Source: Lineus longissimus (Eukaryota). From it: a stretch of DNA of 64,000 nucleotides. Below the pieces are notes generated by a model. It was given only the letters and a program-made list of their open reading frames with translations. It ran no database searches and was not told where the DNA came from. A program made the translations under genes and the position numbers. Within the stretch, counting starts at the first letter, position 1, and each line of letters starts with the position of its first letter. The stretch covers positions 2,170,001 through 2,234,000 of the forward strand of contig NC_088308.1 in assembly GCF_910592395.1 (NCBI RefSeq), in the 5' to 3' direction. Positions 39,401 through 52,900 of the stretch are shown here, one piece after another.

Positions 39401-39419
39401 TGGCTTCAACTAACTTGCC

Positions 39420-40080
39420 AACTTGCTGGCACAACCCACAAGGCCTACTGGACCATGGTTATCTTTATCTGGTGGCACAGCTGTCTTGTTGTTTAGAACT
39501 GATCCATTAGTTTACTGGAGAGGATGACTTGACCGATAAACTTAATTTAGTCAAGTTAGCATCTTTGGCCATGATCAGAGAGACTTTTGCAGGACATGCT
39601 GCCACTGTAACAGCTTACCAACCCATTCAAATAAATCTTTAGGTCACTCAATATGAGTCAATATGAGTCAATATGATGAATGTTGGTCATTAACCAATCA
39701 AAATGTGTGAATCAGGTCAATTTAGTGAAGAGGTCCAAGTGTCTAAATGCACTTAGTGATATTTTAATGGCTGTGTCAATTAATACTTCTCCCATGGCAG
39801 TTCATGGTGGTTGATAAGTTAAGAACTTGATACATCCTGTTGGGTTCTTGCCATCCCTAATCTCAATCAAGTTGATCAAGGGAGGTCACACTAATCTTGT
39901 CATTGGCTGCAGTGTTAGACATTTTGAGACATTTCAAAGATTATGTATTTGCTGATGATACGAGGTCTGAAATTACAATATTTGACAATGAAGAGACTAG
40001 AGTTCGTTATTTACTTATCTGATTTATAGGGCTGAGATAATTTACACCCATCGTCATTTGAAGATGTTATAAAATGTTGA
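39420..40080 (+). mobile_element. Decayed LINE RT relic
   Basis: Plus-strand YVFADDTR at ~39942-39965, preceded by QVDQG (GVxQG-like, ~39870). Confidence 0.45.
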
Positions 40081-40191
40081 CTTTGCAAGAAGTGACTGTC
40101 TAGAAAAAATATCAATCGTCTAATGTTGTCATTTTTTCAGAGGAGAATAAATTCAATATTTACAAAGTTCACAATAACACCCACATATGAT

Positions 40192-40216
40192 GTCCTATTT
40201 TTATTTCCAGGTAAGT
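40192..40216 (+). other. Candidate recursive splice site
   Basis: TCCTATTTTTATTTCCAG|GTAAGT, junction 40210/40211, with ~40 nt free of AG upstream. Confidence 0.55.
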
Positions 40217-43200
40217 GTTTTAAGTAAACAAATGACGAGTTGCGAATCATGAAGAAAAATTAATTAATGTATTAAATCCTTGGCCTGAATTTCCTAAGGG
40301 TCTATTTAAAAGCTCCTGGTTGTAAATTTTCCACAAAGTCACATTGTTATATCTATTAATCCTATGAAAGGTTTCTCAGATAATAAAATTAGAACTTTCT
40401 TTAATTTCTGACGACTAGATAAAGAAATCTAATTAAAAGCATCCAGATTGTATCATATGTGCTTAAAGTTCTCTGTAGCTTTCCCCGAGGGAAATATAAA
40501 CATTGGAAAGTATGATATACCAATATGATGCTGACCTGTGGGGAGTCATTAGTATATTTATTGTATGTAATTAAATACATTCCACAAAAACATATAATAA
40601 AAGATTCATCAAAATGATTAATTGTTGTCTTCAAAAGAACATTGGCTGATGGAAAAATTTTTGAAAGTTTTTCAAGAAATATTAAAAGATTTACATGGCA
40701 GAATCATCTTTATCATTATTCTCAGTATCGGTATCTTTCTTTTGTGTCTATGAGACACAGGTCATTACAAATTTTGATGAAGGTTTGTAAGACTTTGAAT
40801 ATTAGAAGGAGTTCCATCACATAGTATGGGTAATTTCCTTAGCCACACGAAGTAAGATGGGGGAAATCGAGGCGCTGAATATGTGTTTTGAGAAAATTTG
40901 ATGTGAAATTTGAATGTGTTTAGATTGGACACAACTGATGTAGCTTATCATTGCAGGAGCTGCAATCATTTGAACAAAATCATCGAAAGAGGAAGAAAAA
41001 GATTGGGATCATATAGATTGGCACAAAGAAAAGCGAGTGCATAGAAAATGAAATGAATCAAGTCTTTAGGGAAATAAACACAAGCCAGCAAGTACTGAGC
41101 TGATGAGAAAAGATGCAGCAATCATCCTAAAATGAGTCGTCCTCCCCTAGTAGGCGATGAACTTGCTTTTCCTGTGAGGGTACGCTAATATTGTCAGTGT
41201 GGTAAGCAGGTGAGGAAAAGTGCACAGAAAGTGTAAAGTATTGGGAAATATATTGAGGCAAAGAGTACTGTTCTAATGAGAAAAGATGCAGCAATCACCC
41301 TTGAACCAGTACAATTATATTGTCTGCCCCCCCCCCCCCCCAGGCCACCATGATGCATAGATGAATTGGTCAGTTTGTAATGAACATGCTTCTCTGTGAG
41401 GGCACACTCATGGTGAGTATGGTCCTTGACCTACTAGCCACTGGCCAGACATGGGCAATTACATGCAGAAGAGAAACCCATAACCTCTAGGGGTGCTGGT
41501 CAAAACACATGCTGTCATCTCATTGCCACAGGAAACACAGCGCTATACTGCTGGCTTGAGAGACTATCTTGTTGATAAAAACAAGAAATTCACTCAAATA
41601 TTAGAAAGCGAATCTTCAGGAAATCAATGTAGACAACAAGAACTGATCGAATGAGAAAAGATGCTGCAATCATCCCTGAACCAGTGCAGTGAAGAAATTA
41701 CTACTTTTTGACTGCCTATATGGCTATACTTAACATTGACTCGGAAACAAATGTAGCTTTTAAATGTTTATATTTTACGCACAACAAGAGACCATCCATT
41801 GATATCAGCTCAGAATAAATCAAGCAGACGACATAATAATACCGTCTGCTGCTCTGCTGCAAAGAAATTGAAAGACTTCTTTATGAATGCCAAATATCTT
41901 CTTTAGCGTCCTCCACAATGCATGGATGATTGAATTTTTATGCAGCGACATTGAAAAATGTTCCCAGTTGCGGCTGCTTCTTTGCCAGTTCTCGCGTTCC
42001 CGCGATTGAATTTTTATGCGTCAACATTGGAAAAACATCATTTCTGCTCATTCAGTTGATGTTAAAGCGATTGAGTTTTTATGCCCGCCACCTGCGAGAG
42101 TTTAATTGACGTGGAAATGTCACAAGAAGTCGCATGTCGGCAGTTGCTGACGGAGTTTTGATTGGCAATTTGATCGTCTGAAATCAAATGTAGGGATTGA
42201 AGGCACTTTGAATGGATTCCATCATTATCGGTATTGTTTATAATTTAAAATAGCCTCAGAGTAGGTGCAGTTATTGACACTAAACACCACGTCTAGCTTA
42301 TGTCATAAACTACCCCTCACCAACTGTTTCAACTGATGTATACATGTACCATTTTATATAAATAAATATAAACTGAGTATCGTCAAAATAAATTTAGTTT
42401 TTCTTAATTTGCATAATGAAGTGCACTGGGATGCTATTTTATGCAGCTATTAAGGAACTTATGGTAAGTTTATGACACCAAGTATCTTAAAATTTATTAT
42501 CTCATCTTTGTAAATTGTATTTGCAAATTTAGTTGAATACAGTAAGAAAAAGTGGTTACCCCTGGGTCTGATTTCAAAACAGCAGGGAACCATCACCACG
42601 GGCCTTGCTGTCAGTTACAATTGCCGAGCCAATAAATTTAATCAAATTTAATCCAATGCCTGTGAAAACCATGCGGTTTGTTGCTGTCGTGAAAACTGCT
42701 TTATTCTCCCGAGTGCCAAACCATGAAGATGTCTACGTTATAAACTATCAGGCAGCTGTTTCAGCCAGTAACATATATTTTATTATGTGTTTGCGCAGCC
42801 CTTATTTGGAAAATTGCCCCAGAAGTGTTAAAAGGGTTGAATAGTTTCTGTGGAAAATGTAAATTGAAGTATCCCACAGGACAGGATTCCTCACTGTTTT
42901 TTCCACTTATGTACTCAGTGCATAAAATTTGCGAAATCAAATAAGCATAATTTGTGCCCTAGACAATATTGTTAGTAATCTAATATATCTGATGTATGTA
43001 ACATGTTTGATTTATGGCTTTGTTTAAATTGGACGTGAACATACACGGCGAGGATATAGCTGTTAAACCAATAAAATAACCGAGCTGGGACCAGAGGCAA
43101 TTATACCGAGTGTGCACTTTATGTTTGGGATGATAATTTGGCAAGACCTGCCGTAAAAAATAGCATTTGTGGGATTTAATTTTATTTGGGATTTCAATAT

Positions 43201-43329
43201 AAAATTCTAAGCGATTGGGGTGTTATATTGCTGTTTGTTTGTCTGAAAAAAGTTGGTGGTATCAAGAGTTCAATTATAAATGGATGTGACTCGGTGCAAC
43301 ATACTGTCAGGTTTACTTCTCTTCGATGT

Positions 43330-44250
43330 TTTTTTGTGAATCGTGTAAATTGCAGAATTGTTGGTGGGCGTTTTTGTAGGATTTTGTTAATAACTCTGAT
43401 TTTTCCAAGGAGTCCTTTACGTGTATCATAAACATGCGAATCTGATACTTTACATGTATCATAAACAGGCGAATCTGCTATCTAGATTTGATGACAGACT
43501 CTTATTCTTATTTGAACCTCATTTATTTCATTTTGCAAATAATTCAAGTGAAGAATTAAGAAAGTTAAATAAGTTATTCCCTCAAGTCCAAAATATAAAT
43601 GTTGTATTTATGAAATGGCAGGGCAATTGAATGACCATGAGGAACATGTCAGGTCCATTCAAATCATCCATTCAATACTCTGTACTTATCATCAAGAGGT
43701 CGACCGTCAGACCGTTTCAAAGATGATGCTATCTGATAACACTTCTCTTGGGATTGCTGAAAGATCCAGAACTTTAGAATCTAGTGAAATCTTAAATCTG
43801 CTGAGTTCTCCATTATGTTAATACTTAGCTTTTCAGTATAAGTTCATCGAAGTTATCAATCTTCTGATGTGTACTTTGGGCTTTCGGCTGCAAACTCTGC
43901 ATGTAACTTTGAACTCGAGATAGCCTAACAAAATGAGACTTTGTCCATAGGACATTTGAAGGAAAGAGGATGGAGCACGCGGAGACGCAACCAAACTGTG
44001 TGCAAGAGGATGCAATCAGCTCCTCGCCAGCTGGCTGGAGCTGGGAGTCCTTCAAAAGAGACCTTAAGATGTTGTATTACGAGAGGAACACCAGATCAGC
44101 AGCCAGGGTCACTATCCCCCTGCAGTGACCAAGAAAAGCGGAAGTGCGCATCAGTGCAACTCCTGCAGTAACTGGCACCTCTCCTTTGAACTAGACTTGG
44201 AAGCATCATTACTAAGCTAACACTTGTTCTATATCTAACTGAAAGGACAA
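43330..44250 (+). mobile_element. Decayed LINE 3' half (RT C-terminal region)
   Basis: HFANNS...MKWQ (FADD...W-like, ORF 43421..43630), TSLGI (ORF 43615..43821), WESFKRDLKMLY (~44042-44080). Confidence 0.5.
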
Positions 44251-46873
44251 GGCCTGTACGATAGCCTAATGTACCTAGAACCACCTTAAAGCAGTCCAGA
44301 CGGAAATCAAATAACTGACTCCTGAGCCATGGACACATTTGTAAGACTTGACACATTGCTAAATCATTAAAACTTCTCGTCCCCAAGAGGTCTTATGTAC
44401 ATATTTTGTCCTAATCTCTATACTGACCACCATGAATTGCAAAAAGAGTGAGTGTATGCAGTAAACTACCAAATTAGCTGGCTAAATTGTCTACTTTGGA
44501 TGATTCAATGCTTTTTCGACAGATGTTTTTAGCTATATTTCCCTGGTGTATCTCTGTCTCATTCTAGTGGGAAAACACTTCATTCTCACTTTGGTATAAT
44601 CCATGGGATTTTTGCATGCCATTCTGTAAGCTGTAAATATTTAGCAGGTGTTTTGTTTTTACTGATACAAATCACAAAAGAGAAAAATTTGATCGGAAAA
44701 AGCGAGTGATTTATCCATGATGATATGTAAGTTTTTGCATGAACAAGTTCTACAGTCAAGCAGTATTCAGTTCACAGATGATTGCATGCTTGTGGTTTAG
44801 TTGGGGATGAACTAAAATTTGTGGCTGTGAAATTCCTGCCCTCTCATGTTGCGCCAGTACTTGTTGCAATATCTGTTTAATTTTGCTTTATGCTTGCAGA
44901 TCAGTAGTGATGACAAAAAGCTTATCATGCATCATCCGCCCAAAGTTTGACTGCCGCATGTCTCCAGATCTACATTCAATCAATTGTCTGTGATGTGCTT
45001 CTTACCTCAGACATATGGGACGTCCCCTGAATTTTGTCTCTGTGTCTTATGAGACAGACATAATGGAGATGATGAAACTGTCCAATGATTATCTGTCTAG
45101 CACATGCTGGGCTGGAGAAAAAATCTAATTATTGAGCCTCCTCATGCAGGTGAGGTCATGGATCGTGCCTGCTAGAATGCAGACGAGGTGAACTCTGCGG
45201 GAGGAGGGAGGGATGACAAAGCCATCACCTGGCCTCGTACATGTTATCAAGTGAAATTGTATTAATTGTGCAATTTACCCCCATTTCTCATGCACTTTGA
45301 TGCATATGTCTGATTTGATGACGTATCTGTCCATATCCATTTATGGTAAATTGCATATATTAATCCCCTAATCTTTGAGACTAAAAGGGACAATAAATCT
45401 TCTGGCCTAGGGTACGAACCTATATACCAAATTGAGCCATGTTCGTTGATGAATCAAAACCAATCAGAAAGCATGACCTTGGCATGCAGACAAGGATATC
45501 ATGTCTAGCAGGAACATCAAAATTGTATTTGTTGTAAACAATTCAGCTGCCAAGGTATAAACCAATGGGAAATGGTCATGTTATTGAGCTATATTTCTTG
45601 AAACCTTGAGGGATCCGCTGCTTTAAGTACTTAAACTCAAAACCAAATTGAGAAGGGATGGTCCAGTGTACTGAAAACTAAGCCGAGATAAAGGTTGTTT
45701 TTGACCAAACGTATGTCCATACTTTTTTTCCTAACTTTACCCAAGAAAACTTGATTATTTCCAAAAGCAAACACAGAACAAATGAGTCATCGGCAATAAA
45801 ATGTTTCATAGGAAGCTGACAATTTCCTCTACCATTGTCAGACAATATTCCAGCCACCCTTGAGATTTTGAAGAACCCTTTTTCATCTCAAAATAGCCAC
45901 ATACATATCTTCTAGCATTTTAAGAAATTTAACTGTATTTGACACAAGTTGCCATGGTTACCATAATGATGTTGGGAATGGGTAGTGCGCCACAGATAAA
46001 AATGTGCTGGACTTGTTTGGCATTGATGATAATTCCCATTGGATATGTATATTGCCTCATTTTTCATCCACTGACACCTTCAAAGGTAGGCAGGAGATGT
46101 ATATATTATGGTGGCATTATTGTGAATAAATATGGCGAACTACACTGTGGCATGATTCCGCAAAGACTGATCGGCTATTTTTGTTTACCTGTACCGCTTA
46201 CTCTTGGACATCATGATGGTCTGTTTCAAAAAATCAAAAAAATGTTTAGCGATGTTTTTATGTCAATCACTATTGTAGGATCTTTAACTCCTAGCGTAAA
46301 GTGATGGTTTTGTGATCTTAGAAATAGTTTTCATTTACCCTTAACCCATAGGTACTGAAGACTCAAATAGAGCATCTACTTTGCCGAATCCATTCTCAAC
46401 CCCCAGCATCATTTAACAAACATATTTCCCTGCGGGGTAGTAAAGAAAATGGAGGCCAGTATCCATCCACTTTGCCTTCTGAGGTGGAAGAACAGAAGGT
46501 CGAAGGGATATTATGATTACTTGAGGTAAATGACACAACTAGTTCTCAAAGGTTTTACACTACACAGAAAGTGTTAGCATCCCTGATGTTATGTAGGATG
46601 GGGCAAAATGGACCTGGGTAAAACTGGCAAGCTTTTGCGCTACTGTTTTCTGTTTTGTTTAAAAATAGATAAGCATTAGTTAGATGAGCCTACTAGAGCA
46701 ATAATTTCTCACTTTGCTCTATTGAACTTTTTATAGGCTCAAATCTTCAGCTACACCGCAATTGCAAAAATGTCATATTTTTGCGGAATATGTTCTTATA
46801 AAAAATGGGACAAATGCTGTCCTCAATGAAAAGAAAACTATATTCTTGTCACTAAAATCTATAAGTCATACTC

Positions 46874-46909
46874 CTAATAGCATTATTTGCCTCTATTTTG
46901 CAGGTATGT
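46874..46909 (+). other. Candidate recursive splice site
   Basis: Branch-like CTAAT (46874), then TTATTTGCCTCTATTTTGCAG|GTATGT, junction 46903/46904. Confidence 0.5.
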
Positions 46910-49900
46910 GTGCACAAGTTCTTGGTTTGTGTTGCTGCTTTGTGGTTGTGATGCCTTGAAGATCATGCAGGATTCAGGTAGCTACGTGAAATTAATTATT
47001 CCATACAGTACTGGCTTGAAGTAATGTCACATATTTTCCTGGTGTTGTAATCATTTGTACTTGACATGTATCCTTACTATACACTAGAATGTATTTTCCT
47101 TGTCTACTTGACAGTTTGTGCCAAAATGATTTTCTGATTTGTGCACCAGTGCTTGATTTGTGGTCAGTAGGACTACGTAACTCGAAGATCTTACTGATAA
47201 CGACCTTATGTACAGTTGTGACTGGCTGATTTTTATTTTTCAGAAATAAAAATGTTCTAGTGATGACTTCTTCCTGTAGTTGACTCCAATACCAGTTTGG
47301 CCCCCCAATTTCAAGAGCAGATCACAAGATCAGTTTTATTAATTTCTGATCAATCAAAGAGTATATCCAGGTCAACTGCTACGGAAATAAGGTCTATTCC
47401 TCATTCATTTCAATCAAGATCCACCGTCTGGCATGCTTCCAGCCCTTGAACCGTGGAGCTTGCAGGTATAGGCCCCATCCCGCGGTCGTTTTCCCATTTA
47501 GACCCGAGCAAAATTCCAGCATTTTCACGTATACATGTTATACTTTACACGATCAATCAGACTTGTAGTGTATTGAGATAATTGACTGAAATATGCATTT
47601 TTTCTCTGTCGGGGTACGCAGCATCGGCCTGGCATCTTACCGGTAAAATACATAAACAAGGTGTGCTCTATGCTACCTGTTGCTCCGTCAAAAAATAGAT
47701 GAGTATTCTTGGATGCCTGCAAGAGCGCTGATTCTTAGCTACAAGTGGTTTTACCGTGGTCTGTTCCACTTTTAAGTTGATCAAAATATACTGTAGATCT
47801 AACAGATGATAAACATATCAACATAGTTATGATTTTTGCAAGTTGAGATGGAGTGACAGCCCAAAGGTGATTCTGTGTATGGATTCCCACGCTCTTTGCA
47901 AGTTAACATAACATCGACCTGGAATTCTCAAAAAATTTAATTTTTTTTCATTCAAATGTTTTCTTTTCAACTTTAAATGCACCTATTGGGAAATTAGGGT
48001 TTTGTTTATATGTTTGGGGTTTTGAGAGGATGTGGAGGGCCTGAGAGTTTTCTTCTGCTCTTAACTGGTTTGAGTGATTCAACACCACGATGCCAGATAG
48101 CACTTCTTTAGTCACAGTCATCCTAAATATTGGAGTCAATTGATAGAAGAATACCAACAAGCAAATTGGATCATCAGGCCAACTTTACATACCAGTCATA
48201 TTGTCATATGTCACGTGTCATAAGCATGTTTATCAAGGGACTCGCGCTAAAAATGTGACACTAATGTCGGAGAATACTGATATTTATACCACTTTTCCTT
48301 ATCTCTCCTTATCTCTTTAAACTTCTCATAAGGTATGACAATGAAAGGGTACAAAGAACCTCCTCGCACCTCATCAGCATTCTGATAAAAAAGACAGAAA
48401 CAGTCTCAGAATTATTATGATAACTTCCAACACATCATTAGTAATATGATTTTTTGTAACAATTTCTCTTGTGGATTAATTTTAAAATCTTCAGACGTGC
48501 AGAAAATATGGAACATTGAGGGGAGGAAATGATGCATCTTTTATGCTTTAGATATGTTATAAATCATCATAGTGTGTCAGATTGTTGAAATTGGCCCTCT
48601 ATCCTCAGTCAATGCAACAAGTTGAAAAGGTTTTTCAGTTTGGCTTGAAAGATTTTAACTACTTCAGCTCTCACATTAGCTAACATGTCCCATTCTTTTC
48701 ACCATCTCACATTTCTTTTCATTCTTCTGTGAAGGTAAATAGACCTCTGTTTCTGCCTTAAAAATGGGAAAGTTTTGGGAGAATGTACCTTAATGGAATG
48801 GTTTTCAAGTTTTCCAATCTATTTCCAACAGTTGTGGGCATGGCATTTTTGCTATGATAAGTGTAGGCACATTGTTATATCACCAAACAAAGCCTTGAGG
48901 TACAGACACTTCAGATTTTTTGTTAAAAACTGTTCATTAATTATGAGTTGTGTTGGTGCAAATCAATGATTAGCTATCAGGTATCATTATTGCAATTGTT
49001 GATGAATTGGTAAAGTTCGTTTTATTTTTTGTCATGATTCCTGCTGTTCCTAAAGCACGTTAATTCCTAAAACACTTCGTGGGCCACATCTGAAGAACCT
49101 TAAATTTTCAGATAATCACATGCCCGTTATTGCTTCATCTAAGCAAGTTTAACATTCTAACCTTTACCGGTACCTACTTTTCAAGGTCACATAATGGCTT
49201 CAAATGGCCATTGGGCCTACATTTTAGTAATAGGGACATTGAGGTCAGTTTGCAAGTATAAAAAGATGAGAACAAAATCCCTAACCTTTTTAGTTCATAG
49301 GAAGCCACGTTAGCAATTGTATCTTGCGCTAACTTATATGATTTTATCCCGAACATGTTAAAAAGTATGTAACCAAAGCCTGAGACATTTAGTACAGTAT
49401 CCTCCACTAACAATTCAATATAAAATCAACTTGTGTTATAGCATTGTATAGCATTGTATAGCCTTCTGACGCCCCCGTTCGCCCCGGGCTTCTCCACCCA
49501 AGGCATTGTTACACATCTATTGCATTTTGGCATCGATCTGTTCATCTATGCTCTCAATATATTGATCTCTGTCAATATATTTCAAAGTATTTTCCTGGGA
49601 TGAGTTCGCATGAAAGGATATATCTCACATCAGAATTGCAAATTTCTCGGTTGAAATTCCTAGGGAGGGTTGTCTTTTATGATTGGTTCACAGATTGCTG
49701 CACTGGGTTAGAATTCTCCCAATTTTCTTAACTTATCTATGCCACCTTATGAAGTATGTTGTGCTGTATGACACCAACTTTTGGCGAAAATGTCCTTTCA
49801 GCTCAATAATTCCATCTATTTCAAATCAATTTAACCCTCATATCAGGATTTTTTCGCTATTGTTTAAACACATCTTGACCTTGTTGGTGAAAACAAATCA

Positions 49901-52900
49901 GTTAATTGTAGCTGGTTTGATAGGATGCAATCTCTGTTGACCTGGACATGGATGCCTGTGATGTTATATGTTTTACAGTCAGCGTTCCTCAAGACAGTAA
50001 TATGTCTTTGTCAACAGTTTTTACCATGTTTACTGTGTTGGAGAGCTTTTGAGTTTGTTAATTACTAACTAAAAAATGATAAATCAGCCAAATAAAGATA
50101 AAATTTGTTTGACTAAACTATTGTTTCTCGGTGCACTGTGAAATTCTAAACCCACTGCAGAATGCATATCTTGTTTGTGAGTTAATTTTTTGTTTTTGTG
50201 ACGTTCGCATAGCTTACAAGTACATTTATATAGATTAATATGCCCTGATTGTTTGATCAAAAAGTACATTCTCGATGATACAGAAATGGCTGTTATTACT
50301 GTAGGCTGAAATCAATTTGAAGCTCATGACTTCAATGAAAAAACTATAACAAAGGGAACGTTATTTTACCATTGATTGTCAGTTAGGAATGTGATTGTTA
50401 TAGCATTGAAATTGTGTTGCTACATTTGGTCCCCCAATTAGAGATTGGCTCTATGATAAGCATATGAGCAGCTCCATAAGGTTTCAGGAGAGCGTGCGAG
50501 CTAGGTCGACTGTCAGTCATGGTTTCTCACCAACCTTGCTACAAATCTTGGCCACTATTGCCATCAATAAGAAACTACAGTTTGGATAGCATTAAGGCCA
50601 GGTTACAAATGAACTATATTTGGTATAGAAATGCTTGGAGGAATTCAATAACACCTGTCACTGTGGGTTTCTCACTAACACTGGTACAAAGCCCATCTAA
50701 TGTCTGAAGATATTTCATTATTGATCATGTAGCTTCAATTGGCTGTCACTGTCAAGATCCATATCTTATATTACCCTATTTCGAATAAGAATGGCTCAGG
50801 GTGAAATTAATTTTTGGCAGTGGTAGTGTGGATAGCAATGCTGTAAATTATTCAGATGTTAATATTTTGAATTTCTCTACCTATAGTTAGTAAGAAAAGA
50901 TGAGCTTAGCCCTCAGCGGGTTACTGCATCATGATTCGGTGCATGTATATGTTGATCACATGACTTCAATTAAGCATATCATCTATTGATTTATCTTCAA
51001 TCCATACAGTTTGGTCAGAATCATGGTTGTCGCATCAACACGCCACATTTCCTGGACGGATGCTGACCTGGTCCGGTTTCGTTACGACAACCATATTGAT
51101 TACCTCTAATCGCTTCAGAGATCTGACTCATTAAGTACCTCCGATCACCATCAGAGATAAAAACTCCCGCCGATACTGCCGTACAGCAGACATTGTGTTC
51201 AGAAATTGATTTTTCCAGACTGTACATGTGTGTCTGCGACAGCCATACATGTACAGGTACTGTCTGATAACGCCGAGTCATTCTGTTACGATGCTGCCTG
51301 TCTTTTCCGGCGATGCTTGATTCCAGTGGCCGTTATGTGTAGCTGTCGCTTCATAATGACAGGCCTTTCAATGGCATGAACCCTTCGTCATGCCCACGGC
51401 CAGTGCGGCTAGGATCAGAATCGAGCACACATCTCCCCTCCTGGGATTCTCTCCTTTGTGGATTTCTGCACTAACTATAATGTTCAGGTGATCAGCTGAT
51501 ATTGCGCTAATGCATACATGTACATATAGTTGGAGCTTCGCCTCGCTGTGTTTATTGAGAACGTACTCGTTGGTAGATGCAGCCAAGCTGAGGCAGCGCG
51601 ATTCTGGAGTACATACACCGACTATTTACACAATGTGAGGAAAACGCAAAATCAGTCAAAATGTGCACAAATAATTCTTTGCAAGGTAGGAGATTTCATT
51701 TTCATTTTTAAGTTGATTCCTTGTGTTTTTGTTGGTCGCAGCATATGATACACCCTGGTCAAACAATATTATGTGGATCACCAAATGCCAAAATCCTTAT
51801 TCAATAAACTCTAGCTACTAATTTTTTTCCCCGACTCTCCCAATCTCTACTGATTTCTTGACTTTTTTTAATGACTAGTATTCATGCTGAAATTTACCTG
51901 CGGCCATAACCAATTAATTTGTCTTTTGGTGCAACATGTAGTTTTTTTTAAAAATTGATGCCCGGACATTTTCGCACAAAGATGTTTTTTTCCGTACTGT
52001 CTCAATCTTTAGAAATTCCTTTTTTTTTCATCGTCGTCAGTTTATGCCAAACTTTACCTCATGCATGTATTTCTGTGCTACAGCACACAGTTACGAAATC
52101 ATTTTTTGACTCTTTTTGAAAAAAAGTCCCAAATTTTTCTTTCCAACATCGTCATTTGAGGAATGTTTAAGTACTGTCTGCTCGGTTTTTCAATGCCGCC
52201 AATGCTAGACTTCCTTGGAACATGACGTACCACTCTGTTACTATAGATAGTTCCAGCTTTTTATTTTTCCCAATTTTTTTCCCCAGCTTAATTTCAACAT
52301 GATTTTTAGAAATAAGCTTTGTACTTTAATGGTTAGTCATTTAGTGTTTGACTGCCTCAGACTATCATGTGTCCATGCTGCACATAACTAGAATTGGATT
52401 TCATTTTTTCAAATTTGATAAAATCTTTTTTCTGCTTCAAAATATATGTTTTTAGAAAGATAGAAACTTTTTGGAAGGTGTCTGGACAGGATTGGTACAC
52501 AATGTGAGAAATCTTTTTTTTATGCTTCTTGCCTTCACATTTGTGTCTTTACTAAGTCAGTCAAAAGAGATAATGGAAACATCCACTTCAGTTTAAAAAC
52601 CTTTGTTTTTCGAAGAATCACTCGTACTTTTCTTATAATCTCTTCCTTCCTTTTCTCCTACGATGTAAAAAATCGTTTTGACTTTTAATAAAAAACACAT
52701 TTTATTTGTTTTGTGTAAAAAATGTTATGTCTTATGGAAAATCCTGCGAGGCATCAGATGTTTTTGTAGTACATAGCACCAGATTTTTGTCTGGCATCTT
52801 TTTACAAATTTCAATATTGATTTCTCAATCTAAATGTTTGACGTTTGTATTTCTTGCCATTGCATCTCTGTCCAAAGCCCAATTCCGGACATTGCTGCAG

